NCBI GenBank assembly: GCA_022361155.1
Contig: JAKSBK010000527.1
Location: 6,381 to 70,380, forward strand
Length of the DNA: 64,000 nucleotides
Direction of reading: 5' to 3'
DNA from: Pseudomonadota bacterium
GTDB lineage: Bacteria; Myxococcota_A; Polyangia; Polyangiales; JAKSBK01
Within the stretch, counting starts at the first letter, position 1. Every line of letters starts with the position of its first letter. Under the pieces are notes generated by a model, which saw only the letters and a program-made list of their open reading frames with translations, had not been told where the DNA came from and did no database searches. Both the position numbers and the translations under genes were made by a program. Shown piece by piece: positions 51,443-62,148 of this stretch.

Positions 51443-52069
51443 ATGCAGATTTTTCCCCGTGCTGCCAACTTGTTGCCGCTCGTGCTGGGTCTGGGTGCCG
51501 TAGCAGCTGGTGGCGGGATTACCTTTGTCTTTTGGTACTTCTTCTCGCCTTGGAATCTGCAGGTTGGCCACGCCCCCCGGCAGCCCGTTCAGTACAGTCA
51601 CAAACTGCATGCCGGTGAGCTGGGGATCGACTGCCGCTATTGCCACGCGAACGTCGAGCGTTCTCACGAAGCCATGATTCCGGCGACCCAAACCTGCATG
51701 GGCTGCCACGCGCTGGTGCGGGCCGACTCCGAGAAACTTGCGGTGGTACGCGAGAGCTGGGAATCGGATCTACCGATCCAGTGGGTCCGGGTCCACAAGC
51801 TGCCAGACCACGTTTTCTTCGATCATAGTGTGCATGTGGCTGCATCGGTCGGTTGCGTCTCTTGCCACGGTCGCATCGATCAGATGGAGATCGTCGTCCA
51901 GGAGCGACCGATCAGTATGAGTTGGTGCCTGGATTGCCATCGCGATCCAGCTCCGAATCTGCGTCCCCGTCACGAGGTCACGAACATGACCTGGAAGCCA
52001 CAGAGCTCCGAGCCGATCGCGGCCGCGACAGTAGACCCGCCAACCCACTGCTCGGGGTGTCACCGATGA
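51443..52069 (+). CDS. actA: Alternative Complex III subunit ActA (membrane-anchored pentahaem cytochrome c)
   Basis: N-terminal TM plus five CxxCH motifs (CRYCH, CMGCH, CVSCH, CLDCH, CSGCH). Confidence 0.85.
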   Translation: MQIFPRAANLLPLVLGLGAVAAGGGITFVFWYFFSPWNLQVGHAPRQPVQYSHKLHAGELGIDCRYCHANVERSHEAMIPATQTCMGCHALVRADSEKLAVVRESWESDLPIQWVRVHKLPDHVFFDHSVHVAASVGCVSCHGRIDQMEIVVQERPISMSWCLDCHRDPAPNLRPRHEVTNMTWKPQSSEPIAAATVDPPTHCSGCHR

Positions 52070-55000
52070 GCGCTGAACCGCCGAACGCCGAAACACCGAA
52101 CTCAACCGGCGTGGCGCGCCGTGTTTTTTGGAGCAGCCTGGATCAGAAATCCAATCCACGCCCGGCGACGGATGCGGAAGGGCAATCCGACGCTCCCAAA
52201 GCCGCGATCGACGCGGCCGAGTTGCTGCGCGTCAATCGACGGGGCTTCCTGACCCTGACCGGAGCCATCTCCGCGCTGGCGGCCGAGGGCTGTATTCGCC
52301 GCCCGGTCGAGAAAATCTTGCCGTATTCGCGCTCGCCCGAGTATGCGGTGCCGGGGGTGCCCCGGAGCTACGCCACCGTCACCGAGCGGCGGGGCGAAGC
52401 GCTGGGCCTCATCGTGCGCAGCCACGAAGGCAGGCCCACCAAAGTGGAAGGCAACCCCGAGCATCCAGGCACGGCGGGTGCCACCGACCTGTGGGCGCAG
52501 GCTTCGATCTTGCAGCTCTATGACGCGGATCGCTCGAGGAGCCCGGTTCGGGATGGAGCAGCGGCCTCGGTGGCCGACTTCGACGCTTTCGTGCGGGTGC
52601 AGCTCGAGGCGGCCCAGGCCAGCGCAGGTGAGGGGCTCAGGATCTTGGCCGAGCCCAGCAACTCACCGACACTCTTACGCTTGCGTGACTCCGTCATGCG
52701 TCGCTTGCCGAAGGCCCGCTTCCATACGTACACGCCGGTCAACGAGAGCCAGGTCAGGGAGGGAGCCCGGATCGCTTTTGGAACTCCGGTCGCCACACGC
52801 TACGCGTACGACAAGGCCGATGTCGTGCTCTCGCTGGACAGCGACTTCCTGACGACCGAGGCCGGCGCGGTTGCCGCGCTCCGGGGCTTCGGGCGGGGAC
52901 GCAAGATCGGCTCGGCTCACGGTTCCCTGAATCGCTTGTACGTGGTGGAGTCGCGGCTGAGCTGCACGGGCGCGAGCGCCGATCATCGTCTCCGGCTCGC
53001 TGCCGGCGACGTGCAGCGTTATGCGAAGCTGCTGGCCGCTGAGCTGGCGGCCTCGCACGGAATCGCGCTCGGGGAGGTCGCGGACGCAGCCTCGGGTGCC
53101 TCGAAGGACGGCATCCCGGCCGAGTGGATTCGGCAGGTGGCGGCCGAGCTGGCGAGCCACCGGGGCCGTAGCCTGATCGTTGCGGGGTCAGGACAGCCTC
53201 CGGCGGTGCACGCGCTTGTCCACGTGCTGAACGCAAGCCTGTCGAACGTGGGGCAGACGGTGCGCTATTTTCCGGTGACGGACGCGGCTGAACCCGAGCA
53301 GTTTGCGGATCTGGCTGCGCTTACCTCGGATATGGCTGCCGGTGCCGTCAAGACCTTGTTCATACTGGGTGGCAATCCCTGCTACGACGCGCCAGCCGAT
53401 CTGGAGTTCGCCGGCAAGCTGGCGAAAGTGCCTGCGAGTGCTCACCTGTGCGGGTGGCGCAACGAGACCTCGATGCGCTGTACTTGGCACATGCCCAGAA
53501 CCCATGAGCTCGAAGCCTGGGGCGATCAACGTGCGAGCGACGGAACCTACAGCGTGCAGCAACCACTCATTGCACCGCTGCATGGTGGGCGCAGCAACAT
53601 CGAGCTGTTGGCGGGCCTTGCCGGCGCTGCGGCGACCGACGGATACTCAGCGGTTCGCGCCACGCTGAGCGATCGTGGCCTGGGCGGCGAGAGCGCTTGG
53701 TTTCGCACGCTGCACCGCGGCCTGGTGGCAAACAGCGCCACGGCGCCGTTGCGGCTCGTGCCGAGAGGCGCGGACACCGCGTTGGCCTTGCAGCAGCTGC
53801 CGGCAAGGAAGCCGCCGTCCAGGGACAACCTGGAGGTCGTGTTCGCTGCCGACAGTCGAATGCTCGATGGCCGCTTTGCCAACAACGCCTGGTTGCAGGA
53901 GCTTCCTGACCCCATCACCCGCATCACGTGGGACAACGCGGCCACGTTGTCACCCGCTACGGCCGCAGAGCTCGGGGTCCGCAACGGTGCCGTCATCCAG
54001 CTGTCGCAGGGCGATCGCGTTATCGAGATCGCTGCCTGGATCGTGCCGGGTCACGCAAACAACAGCATCACGCTGCCGCTCGGGTGGGGCCGCTCGCACG
54101 CGGGCCGCTTCGGCAACGGCACGGGCTTCGACGTGTATCCCCTTCGTACGTCCACTGCTCCGCACTTCACGGATGGCGTTCGACTCAAGGTCAGCGGCCG
54201 CATGCATGCGATCGCGCAAACGCAAGAGCACGATTCCATGGAGGGGCGTCCGGTTGTCATCGACGGCACGCTCGAGGCCTACAAGGACAAGCCGAATTTC
54301 CCGCAGTACGAGAGTCCCATCCCGAGCGTGGCCCCCCTATGGCCCACGGTCGACTATTCCAAGGGCAACCAGTGGGCCATGAATATCGACCTTACGCGCT
54401 GCGTCGGCTGCGCAGCCTGTGTGATGGCATGTCAGGCGGAAAACAACATTCCCGTCGTGGGCAAGGACGATGTAGCGCGCGGCCGGGAAATGTCCTGGCT
54501 GCGCATCGATCGCTACTACGTCGGTGACGAGCACGACCCCGAGGTGGCGTTCCAGCCGCTGGCATGCCAGCACTGCGAGGAGGCGCCATGCGAGAACGTT
54601 TGCCCCGTCAATGCAACGTCCCACACTCCCAGCGGTCTCAACGACATCGCGTACAATCGGTGCATTGGCACCCGCTACTGCATGAACAATTGCCCCTACA
54701 AGGTGCGTCGCTTCAATTTCCGCAATTACAATTTGGCGATTCCGGAAACCGAGAGGATGCAGAAGAACCCAAACGTGACCGTACGTTTTCGGGGTGTCGT
54801 AGAGAAGTGCAGCTATTGTGTACAACGTATTCAAGACGTAACCATTCGCGCCAAGCGCGAACATCGTACAATTGCTGAAGGGGAGATTCGAACCGCCTGC
54901 CAGCAGGCTTGCCCTGCCGAGGCAATCGTATTCGGGGACCGGAATCTGCCTGGAGGTCAACTCGCGGCACTGGACCAAGTCGACCGGCGCTACAAGCTGC

Positions 55001-55110
55001 TCGCAGACATCGGCACGCGTCCGCGTACGACCTACCTCGCGAAGATTCGCAACCCAAACCCCAACATGGGTACAGGGACCGCTTCTGCCAAGCCGGAGAC
55101 GCACGGATGA
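52066..55110 (+). CDS. actB: Alternative Complex III subunit ActB (molybdopterin-oxidoreductase-like domain fused to a 4-cluster Fe-S domain)
   Basis: ATG 52066 overlaps the actA stop (ATGA). Tat motif NRRGFLTL. Ferredoxin motifs [43 protein letters not shown]. Confidence 0.9.
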   Translation: MSAEPPNAETPNSTGVARRVFWSSLDQKSNPRPATDAEGQSDAPKAAIDAAELLRVNRRGFLTLTGAISALAAEGCIRRPVEKILPYSRSPEYAVPGVPRSYATVTERRGEALGLIVRSHEGRPTKVEGNPEHPGTAGATDLWAQASILQLYDADRSRSPVRDGAAASVADFDAFVRVQLEAAQASAGEGLRILAEPSNSPTLLRLRDSVMRRLPKARFHTYTPVNESQVREGARIAFGTPVATRYAYDKADVVLSLDSDFLTTEAGAVAALRGFGRGRKIGSAHGSLNRLYVVESRLSCTGASADHRLRLAAGDVQRYAKLLAAELAASHGIALGEVADAASGASKDGIPAEWIRQVAAELASHRGRSLIVAGSGQPPAVHALVHVLNASLSNVGQTVRYFPVTDAAEPEQFADLAALTSDMAAGAVKTLFILGGNPCYDAPADLEFAGKLAKVPASAHLCGWRNETSMRCTWHMPRTHELEAWGDQRASDGTYSVQQPLIAPLHGGRSNIELLAGLAGAAATDGYSAVRATLSDRGLGGESAWFRTLHRGLVANSATAPLRLVPRGADTALALQQLPARKPPSRDNLEVVFAADSRMLDGRFANNAWLQELPDPITRITWDNAATLSPATAAELGVRNGAVIQLSQGDRVIEIAAWIVPGHANNSITLPLGWGRSHAGRFGNGTGFDVYPLRTSTAPHFTDGVRLKVSGRMHAIAQTQEHDSMEGRPVVIDGTLEAYKDKPNFPQYESPIPSVAPLWPTVDYSKGNQWAMNIDLTRCVGCAACVMACQAENNIPVVGKDDVARGREMSWLRIDRYYVGDEHDPEVAFQPLACQHCEEAPCENVCPVNATSHTPSGLNDIAYNRCIGTRYCMNNCPYKVRRFNFRNYNLAIPETERMQKNPNVTVRFRGVVEKCSYCVQRIQDVTIRAKREHRTIAEGEIRTACQQACPAEAIVFGDRNLPGGQLAALDQVDRRYKLLADIGTRPRTTYLAKIRNPNPNMGTGTASAKPETHG

Positions 55111-56519
55111 GCTTTCGCCCCATAGCGGAGATAGGAGAGACACCGCTTCTGCCAGAACGGATCACGTTTGGCAGCGTGTCCGAATCCATCAGTCGTCCGA
55201 TCGAAGACCGCGCACCGCTCGGCTGGTGGGCCTGCTTCGCTGTGGCCGTGTTCTTTCTGGGCGTCCTCTTCGTTTCGCTCGCCTACCTCTTTTGGGAAGG
55301 TATTGGAGCCTGGGGTAACAACAGCCCTGCAGGCTGGGCCTGGGATATCACCAACTTCGTGTGGTGGATTGGAATCGGACACGCAGGCACGCTGATATCT
55401 GCGATTCTGTTTCTCTTCCGGCAGAAGTGGCGCACGTCCATCAATCGTTTCGCCGAGGCGATGACGATCTTCGCTGTGATATGTGCGTTGCTTTTCCCGA
55501 CCATCCATGTCGGCCGGCCCTGGTTCATCTACTATCCGCTGCCAATACCGAACCAGATGGGCATATGGCCCAATTTCAAGAGCCCTCTGCTCTGGGACGT
55601 GTTCGCGGTAAGCACGTACTTCACGGTCTCGCTGATTTTCTGGTACGTGGGTCTGATACCGGACCTGGCCACGATCCGTGATCGTGCCAAGACTGCAAGC
55701 CGCCGCTTCTGGTATGGCCTGTTTGCCCTGGGCTGGCGTGGCTCGAATCGCCATTGGCGCAACTACGAGCGCGGCTATCTCATCCTCGCCGCCTTCTCTA
55801 CACCGCTGGTGCTCTCGGTGCACTCGGTGGTCAGCTTCGATTTCGCCACCTCGGTCATACCCGGCTGGCACACGACTATTTTCCCGCCCTATTTCGTGGC
55901 CGGAGCTGTTTTTTCCGGATTCGCTATGGTGATGACCCTGGCGATTATCGCACGCACGGCCTATGGGCTGCAGGACATCATCACGATGAAGCATCTCGAG
56001 CTGATGAACAAGATCATGCTCGTGACCGGCAGCCTGGTAGGCTATGCGTATTCGATGGAGTTCTTCATCGCCTGGTATTCGGGCAACGAGTATGAGCTTT
56101 ATGCTTTTCTAAATCGCGCAACCGGCCCCTATTGGTGGGCGTACTGGTGCATGGTCAGCTGCAACGTTATTTCGCCTCAGCTGTTCTGGTTCAGGCGCGT
56201 ACGCACCAGCATTCCTTGGATGTTCGCAATCTCGTTTATTATCAACATCGGAATGTGGTTTGAGCGCTTCGTGATTATCGTGACATCCCTGCATCGGGAC
56301 TACTTGCCCTCGTCGTGGGGGTACTTCAGCCCGACCATCGTGGACGTCGGTTGCTTCGTGGGCTCGCTGGGACTCTTCTTCACCTGTTTCATGCTCTTCA
56401 TTCGCTGGATACCCATGGTGGCTATGAGCGAGGTCAAGGGAGTGCTGCCCGAGGCCCATCCCCATCACCATCGAGAGGACGACCAGGCATACGCCGAAAC
56501 CAAGCCGGCGCTTGCATAG
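55107..56519 (+). CDS. actC: Alternative Complex III subunit ActC (NrfD/PsrC-like polytopic quinol-interacting subunit)
   Basis: ATG overlaps the actB stop (ATGA). About 10 TM segments, NrfD-like ([21 protein letters not shown]). Confidence 0.85.
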   Translation: MSFRPIAEIGETPLLPERITFGSVSESISRPIEDRAPLGWWACFAVAVFFLGVLFVSLAYLFWEGIGAWGNNSPAGWAWDITNFVWWIGIGHAGTLISAILFLFRQKWRTSINRFAEAMTIFAVICALLFPTIHVGRPWFIYYPLPIPNQMGIWPNFKSPLLWDVFAVSTYFTVSLIFWYVGLIPDLATIRDRAKTASRRFWYGLFALGWRGSNRHWRNYERGYLILAAFSTPLVLSVHSVVSFDFATSVIPGWHTTIFPPYFVAGAVFSGFAMVMTLAIIARTAYGLQDIITMKHLELMNKIMLVTGSLVGYAYSMEFFIAWYSGNEYELYAFLNRATGPYWWAYWCMVSCNVISPQLFWFRRVRTSIPWMFAISFIINIGMWFERFVIIVTSLHRDYLPSSWGYFSPTIVDVGCFVGSLGLFFTCFMLFIRWIPMVAMSEVKGVLPEAHPHHHREDDQAYAETKPALA

Positions 56520-56530
56520 GAGGCTGGGCG

Positions 56531-57100
56531 ATGGCTATGGACCAGATTAGCGAGATGGGAGCGAAGCCGGTTGCCCTGTGCCTAGCTGAGTTCAGCCAAC
56601 CGGAAGCTTGCCTGCACGCCGCTGAAAGGGTGCGAGACCAGGGCTATCAGAAGTGGGATGTCCACACGCCCTACCCGGTACATGGGATGGACGCGGCCAT
56701 GGGTTTGGGCGACTCCAGGCTCGGCTGGATCGTCTTGTGCTTCGGCCTCACGGGAGTGACGGCGGCCTTCTCGATGATGTACTGGATGAATGGGATCGAC
56801 TACCCGCTCATCATAGGCGGTAAGCCAGCCGACGCCATTCCGAGCATGGTGCCCATCCTCTTCGAGCTGACGGTGTTGCTGTCGGCATTCGGATCGTTGC
56901 TCGGCATGCTTCACCTGAACAAGCTGCCCCGGCATCACCATCCCGTTTTTTATTCGGAGCGTTTCGATCAGTGCTCGAACGACAAGTTCTTCATTTCCAT
57001 CGAGGCGGCCGATCGGCAGTTCGATGCGGGGCATACCAAGGCCTTCATGGAGTCGCTGAGGCCCGACTACGTGGAGCTTGTACATGAGGAGGACCGGTGA
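56531..57100 (+). CDS. actD: Alternative Complex III subunit ActD (DUF3341-like)
   Basis: LAEFSQPEACLHAAERVRDQGYQKWDVHTPYPVHGMD followed by two TM segments. Confidence 0.8.
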   Translation: MAMDQISEMGAKPVALCLAEFSQPEACLHAAERVRDQGYQKWDVHTPYPVHGMDAAMGLGDSRLGWIVLCFGLTGVTAAFSMMYWMNGIDYPLIIGGKPADAIPSMVPILFELTVLLSAFGSLLGMLHLNKLPRHHHPVFYSERFDQCSNDKFFISIEAADRQFDAGHTKAFMESLRPDYVELVHEEDR

Positions 57101-57228
57101 GGGTTGCGCTTAGGGTCCGTCCAAGAATAGCTGGTCGAGACCGGCCGCGCAGCGTGGATGCGATTCGCCGGCGCGCCCGGAGGAAGAACCGCAGCAATGG
57201 CAGCGCTATTGCGAGGATTTTTGCGAGG

Positions 57229-57900
57229 ATGAAAGCCGCGAGCGCGCCGCCCTGCACGACCGCAGCCGATCGAGTTGTTCTGGGACGGGCCCTTGGACCT
57301 CGGCTTCGCCTCGGAAAAGAGCTCGCAACGGCCTGCTTCTTGGCCCCGATCATAGCCGTGGCGGGCTGCAGGGGCTGGACCGCGGATCAGGCGCCCTTGG
57401 TCCCGATCCGCAACATGCATGATCAACAACGCTACGACGCGCAGCAGGCCAGCGAGTTCTTCGGCGACGGTCGCACCATGAGACCGGAGGTCGCTCACAC
57501 GGTGCCACGCGAAGCGGAGCCAAACGAAGCCGTACGCACGGGGCTTTCGGCTCGCGACGGCGGCTACGCCCTCGCGATACCGGATGTCGTGGTGGAGCGG
57601 GCAGGGGGCCTGGAAGACCTGATGCGCCGGGGAGGCGATCGCTTCAACATCTACTGCGGGCCGTGTCACGATGGCTCGGGCAGCGGAAAGGGAACGGTCG
57701 TGCAGCGCAACGCAGGCATGCCTCCCCCGCCTACGTTTCACAATGATCGCATCCGCCACATGCCGGACGGTCAGCTCTTCAGCACCATCACCAACGGGAT
57801 CCGAAACATGCCCGCCTATGGAACACAGATTCCGGTCGACGACCGATGGGCCATCGTCTCCTATGTCCGGGTCCTGCAGGTCAGCCAGGCGGCCAGGTAA
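57229..57900 (+). CDS. actE: Alternative Complex III subunit ActE (monohaem cytochrome c lipoprotein). Start uncertain: ATG 57229, or GTG 57097 overlapping the actD stop.
   Basis: Lipobox IAVAGC; single CGPCH; C-terminal NMPAYG...DRWAIVSYVRVLQ. Confidence 0.75.
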   Translation: MKAASAPPCTTAADRVVLGRALGPRLRLGKELATACFLAPIIAVAGCRGWTADQAPLVPIRNMHDQQRYDAQQASEFFGDGRTMRPEVAHTVPREAEPNEAVRTGLSARDGGYALAIPDVVVERAGGLEDLMRRGGDRFNIYCGPCHDGSGSGKGTVVQRNAGMPPPPTFHNDRIRHMPDGQLFSTITNGIRNMPAYGTQIPVDDRWAIVSYVRVLQVSQAAR

Positions 57901-57915
57901 CACGAAGGCAAACCA

Positions 57916-59238
57916 GTGAGCGACGTCAAGAACCAAACGAGCTTTCGCATTCCGGAGGCTGGTTTTTGGGCCAGCGCTTGGAAGGTGGCCGCTGCGATCG
58001 GTGCTTTCGGCTTGGTTGTCGCGGGCGTTGGCTACGGCGTCGATCCAGAGCGTTTCGCGTTTTCGTACCTGTTCGCGTTCTGGCTGGCGTTGACGGTGGC
58101 CTTTGGCTCGATGTTCTTCGTGCTGATTCAGCACCTGACGGGAGCGGGATGGAGCGTGACCGTCAGGCGGACAGCCGAGTTTCTTACGCGTGGCGTCCCC
58201 GTGCTCATCGTACTTTTCCTGCCGGTAGCCGCATCGATGGACACGTTGTATCCTTGGTTGGAGCTCGACAAGGAACACGGTGTCGCGCACGCTCAAGAGC
58301 ACGCAGCGCCTGAGGACGTGCACCCAGGCTCGGAGGGACACGCCGCCGCGCCGAGCCATGGTGGCGAGCACCACGACCCGGAGCATCTGGCGCATCACGC
58401 GATCATGGCCAAGAAGCACGCCTACCTGAACACCCCGTTCTTTGCAGTGCGAGCCATTCTGTATTTCGGGATCTGGTTCTGGATTGCGGGAACGTTGTTC
58501 CGGCGCTCTACGCAGCAAGATGAATCCGGCGACCCACAACTGACTGCGAAGCTCCAGCGCTTTGCACCGCTTGCGACGATCATACTGGCTTTCAGCATGA
58601 CCTTCGCGGCTTTCGACTGGTTCATGTCGCTCATACCCAATTGGTATTCAACCATGTGGGGCGTGCACATGTTTGCAAGCTCGATCGTGATCATTCACGC
58701 CCTCATCATCGTCATCACGCTGTCGCTGCGCAATGCGGGACTCCTGGGCAATACGGTACACGTCGAGCACTATCATGATCTAGGAAAACTCCAGTTCGGT
58801 TTCTTGGTGTTTTGGGGCTATATTTCGTTCAGTGAGTTCTTCCTTATTTGGTATTCCGCGATTCCAGAGGAAACGGTTTTCTTTCATCTCCGTTGGGACA
58901 ATCCCACTTGGCGCTGGGTGAGCATGAGCCTGGTGGTTTTGCATTTCATCATGCCGTTCTTTCTCATTCTGTCTCGCAACATAAAGCGGAATCTGCCTGT
59001 CCTCGGCTTTGGTGCGTCCTGGATCTTGGTGATGCACATCGTAGAGGGTTACTACATCGTCTTGCCGTTCTTTGGGGGGCCCGAGCTCGAGCTCAGCATG
59101 GTGTGGTTGGACCTGGCATGTGTTTTGGGAGTGCTGGGAGTGTATTTCGCCGTGGTGTTTCGAGAGATGCTTCGCCACAACCTGATCCCGATCAAAGATC
59201 CACGTCGAATCCGGGCGGAGCAGTTCGTGAACGCTTGA
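57916..59238 (+). CDS. actF: Alternative Complex III subunit ActF (second NrfD-like polytopic subunit)
   Basis: About 10 TM segments, in the position after actE. Contains a His/Glu-rich loop (AHAQEHAAPEDVHPGSEGHAAAPSHGGEHHDPEH). Confidence 0.8.
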   Translation: MSDVKNQTSFRIPEAGFWASAWKVAAAIGAFGLVVAGVGYGVDPERFAFSYLFAFWLALTVAFGSMFFVLIQHLTGAGWSVTVRRTAEFLTRGVPVLIVLFLPVAASMDTLYPWLELDKEHGVAHAQEHAAPEDVHPGSEGHAAAPSHGGEHHDPEHLAHHAIMAKKHAYLNTPFFAVRAILYFGIWFWIAGTLFRRSTQQDESGDPQLTAKLQRFAPLATIILAFSMTFAAFDWFMSLIPNWYSTMWGVHMFASSIVIIHALIIVITLSLRNAGLLGNTVHVEHYHDLGKLQFGFLVFWGYISFSEFFLIWYSAIPEETVFFHLRWDNPTWRWVSMSLVVLHFIMPFFLILSRNIKRNLPVLGFGASWILVMHIVEGYYIVLPFFGGPELELSMVWLDLACVLGVLGVYFAVVFREMLRHNLIPIKDPRRIRAEQFVNA

Positions 59239-59260
59239 GGTAGTATCGAGCAGAGGCGAT

Positions 59261-59695
59261 ATGTCTGGTAGAGATCAAATGCTGATCTACCTGGGTGCTA
59301 CGGTGGTCACCGTGGTGGGCTTGTTCACGCTGTACTTCTTCTACAGCAGCATGGTGGACCACCGGTGGCGCTCAGGCTGGAACGAAGCCCCGGTGCACCC
59401 GGCGCTGGCCGAAGTGCGGGCTCTGGAGGCGCAGCAGCTCGCCGGAGTAGAAGCCGTTGCGAAGGAGTTCGCGAACAAGGGGCGCTCGGCGTTTCCAATG
59501 GTGGCGCCCAAGCCTTCGAACGACCTCTCCGCTCTTTCCGGGTGGATCCGCTCTCCGAGCTTCAGGCCGGTTACGGCATTTCCCGACATGGGGCCTGCAG
59601 CGCCGGAGCGAGCGGCACCGGGACAAGCCACCTCCGCGAGCTCTGCGCCGGCGGCGGGGCAGGCGGATGTGCACGGTCGGCACCCAGGCCACTGA
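59261..59695 (+). CDS. Small single-pass membrane protein at the ActG position (unassigned)
   Basis: GAGG 7 nt before the ATG; TM LIYLGATVVTVVGLFTLYFFY. No motif recognised. Confidence 0.55.
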   Translation: MSGRDQMLIYLGATVVTVVGLFTLYFFYSSMVDHRWRSGWNEAPVHPALAEVRALEAQQLAGVEAVAKEFANKGRSAFPMVAPKPSNDLSALSGWIRSPSFRPVTAFPDMGPAAPERAAPGQATSASSAPAAGQADVHGRHPGH

Positions 59696-59722
59696 TCCTG
59701 AGGTGACGCAGGAGGTCAACGC

Positions 59723-60322
59723 ATGAGCAATTCGGGTTCCGGTTCTGTGGTGGTGCCTGCAACCATCGGGATGGTGATGGGGGCGTTCATCTTCGCGGGC
59801 CTCGTTGTCAGCTCGGGCCTCCCTTGGGTGCCGTCCGCGGAGGATACGCTGGCGGGTTACACACGCACGCAAGTCCGCGTGCTGGCTCCAGGCCAGGAGC
59901 AGGCCCTCGCGCCGGCGGAGCCCGCCAGCCCGGGTGAGCAGGTCTACGTCACCGTGTGTCAGGTGTGCCATCAAGCGAACGGCAAGGGCGTGCCGGGTGC
60001 CTTTCCTCCTGTCGCGGGCTCCGACTGGGTCACGCAGGACCCCGAAACTCCGATCAGAATCGTCCTCAAGGGCCTGCAGGGCGAGATCGACGTGGGAGGA
60101 CAAAAGTTCAACGCGGTGATGCCTCCTCCTCCGGGTCTCGATGACGATCAGATCGCAACGGTGTTGACCTTCGTGCGTTCGTCCTTTGGAAACGCAGCGC
60201 CGGCGGTGGAGGCCTCGCAGGTCGCAGCGATACGCTCCGAGCTGGAAGCGCGCGTGGATCCTTGGACCGCCCGGGAGCTCGACGCGTTGCGATCCAAGAC
60301 TGCCTCGCCGCCAGGGGAGTAG
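59723..60322 (+). CDS. Membrane-anchored monohaem class I cytochrome c
   Basis: AGGAGG 8 nt before the ATG; TM IGMVMGAFIFAGLVV; CQVCHQANGKG; distal Met context NAVMPP. Confidence 0.8.
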   Translation: MSNSGSGSVVVPATIGMVMGAFIFAGLVVSSGLPWVPSAEDTLAGYTRTQVRVLAPGQEQALAPAEPASPGEQVYVTVCQVCHQANGKGVPGAFPPVAGSDWVTQDPETPIRIVLKGLQGEIDVGGQKFNAVMPPPPGLDDDQIATVLTFVRSSFGNAAPAVEASQVAAIRSELEARVDPWTARELDALRSKTASPPGE

Positions 60323-60680
60323 GTGTCGGCCGGCGTTCGGGAATTCGGGATCGTGACCTTAACTCCATTTCATTTTTCCATTGGATTCGGAATATCAGCG
60401 GCGGCCCACCTGCCGAGCCACTACCGCGCTTGCTTCGGGCTGAAGCCGTGGATCAGGTCTTGCCCGTGGTGACAAACTATGCTGATATCGCGTCGGTTCC
60501 AAAGACGACTGGCGTTAGGCCGGCGAATCGAGCGCCGCCCTCTTGTTGTTGATGTATTGCTCTAGGCTTAGCAGTAGGTGCGTGCCGCGTGTCTTGCCAG
60601 CGGGGCAGGCTTCACGTCGTGTGCAGCGAGTTTTCTTTACGTCTCTAGCTGGTGTCACCAGACGAGCCGAGATCACCAAG

Positions 60681-61316
60681 ATGCGAACTACCATAATCCC
60701 GGCGGCTCTGGCCGCTGTAATGGCAGCTGGGTGCAGCAGCGGTGAGAAAGCCGAGGGAGCCACCGCAAGCGCCGAGCAGTGGTTCGAGCTGTGCACCCAG
60801 TGCCATGGTGCGGACGGGCTTGGAAGAAGAGAGTTTCAGGCTCCGGCGATCGCGGGGCTGCCGGACTGGTACGTCGAAGGCCAACTCACGAAGTTCAAGA
60901 GCGGGGCCCGGGGCACCCACCCCGACGATGTGTCTGGTATGCGCATGCGACCGATGGCAATCGAAATTGATACGGAGGCGGATATCAAGGCGATCGCCGC
61001 CTTGGTGGCCAAGATGCCGGCAGCCAAGCCGGCCCCCCTGCTAACCGGGGGTGACAAGCAGGCTGGTCAGGCCCTTTACACCCCCTGCACCGCGTGCCAT
61101 GGACCCAAGGGAGCGGGCAACCCGCTCCTGAAATCGCCGCCCATCAACCGGGCGAGCGACTGGTATCTGCTGGCCCAATTGAAGAAATTCAAGGAGGGCG
61201 TGCGTGGCTCCGATCCACGCGATATCACGGGTGCGCAAATGGCGCCCATGGCCAAGGTCCTTGCCGACGAGCAGGCGATGCGCAACGTGGTCGCCTATGT
61301 GATGAGCCTGCAGTGA
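60681..61316 (+). CDS. Dihaem cytochrome c (c4-like) lipoprotein
   Basis: Lipobox VMAAGCSSG. Two repeats, each with CxxCH (CTQCHGADG, CTACHGPKG) and a KFK(S/E)G(A/V)RG motif. Confidence 0.8.
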   Translation: MRTTIIPAALAAVMAAGCSSGEKAEGATASAEQWFELCTQCHGADGLGRREFQAPAIAGLPDWYVEGQLTKFKSGARGTHPDDVSGMRMRPMAIEIDTEADIKAIAALVAKMPAAKPAPLLTGGDKQAGQALYTPCTACHGPKGAGNPLLKSPPINRASDWYLLAQLKKFKEGVRGSDPRDITGAQMAPMAKVLADEQAMRNVVAYVMSLQ

Positions 61317-61442
61317 GCACAGCCAGGATGAAACAGCCAGTGTGTGACCCGGCTGCTGTGGGGTGCGGGTTCGCGATCCGTGCCCGCACCGGCGCTCAGC
61401 GGTCAGCTTTGTGCGCCTCGTACCCTTCGGAGGTCGTTCGCT

Positions 61443-62132
61443 ATGGTTCAACAGTACCTTGATCAGGCTTCGTCCTATGCTGCGGACATCGACTTTGCGA
61501 TCGACGTCATCACTTGGCTGACGGGGTTTTGGGGTACCCTGTGCATGGTGGTTTTCATTGGTTTCATCATTTTCTTTCGAGACAAGGGCCAGCGCGGTCA
61601 GTACATCTCAGGCGAGGAAAAGCACCAGACCCGATGGATTTCGATCCCGCACCTGCTGGTGCTCGTATGCGACGTCTATATCCTTGTTGTCGCCATTCAA
61701 GTCTGGGTGAACGTCAAGCAGACGTTGCCAGAGCCCGATCGAACGGTACGCGTGATCGCACAGCAGTGGGCGTGGAGCTTCGAGCATCCAGGGCCGGATG
61801 GTAAACTGGACACTCCGGATGACATCCGTACCGTCGACGAGCTCCGGCTCGAGGTGAACAAGACCTACCACTACAAGCTCGTCGCCCGGGACGTCATGCA
61901 CAGTTTCTCCGTGCCGGTATTTCGCTTGACGCAAGACGCGATCCCCGGCCGGGTGATCACCGGCTGGTTCAAGCCGATCAAGACTGGGACCTACGACATT
62001 CAGTGCAAGGAAATGTGCGGGATCGGTCATGGACTGATGCCGGCTCGCGTGGTTATCGGAACTCCGGCACAGCACGCGAAATGGATGGCTTCCCGCACCA
62101 AAACCGCTTACGCAGCTTTGGACACCCGCTAG
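61443..62132 (+). CDS. coxB: Cytochrome c oxidase subunit II (CuA; no fused cytochrome c domain)
   Basis: GGAGG before ATG 61443; two TM segments; CuA ligands HSFSVP...CKEMCGIGHGLM. Confidence 0.9.
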   Translation: MVQQYLDQASSYAADIDFAIDVITWLTGFWGTLCMVVFIGFIIFFRDKGQRGQYISGEEKHQTRWISIPHLLVLVCDVYILVVAIQVWVNVKQTLPEPDRTVRVIAQQWAWSFEHPGPDGKLDTPDDIRTVDELRLEVNKTYHYKLVARDVMHSFSVPVFRLTQDAIPGRVITGWFKPIKTGTYDIQCKEMCGIGHGLMPARVVIGTPAQHAKWMASRTKTAYAALDTR

Positions 62133-62148
62133 CGCCTGAGGAGTCGCG

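Noticed and set aside
60357-60420. Fragments resembling the repeat family (ttaactccatttc and ggaatatcagcggcgg) in the act-cox gap. A gggtgagg-containing hairpin region at 4441-4631 is a similar case.
   Set aside because: The matches are short, require deletions, and imply inconsistent orientations. They are not distinguishable from chance by eye.
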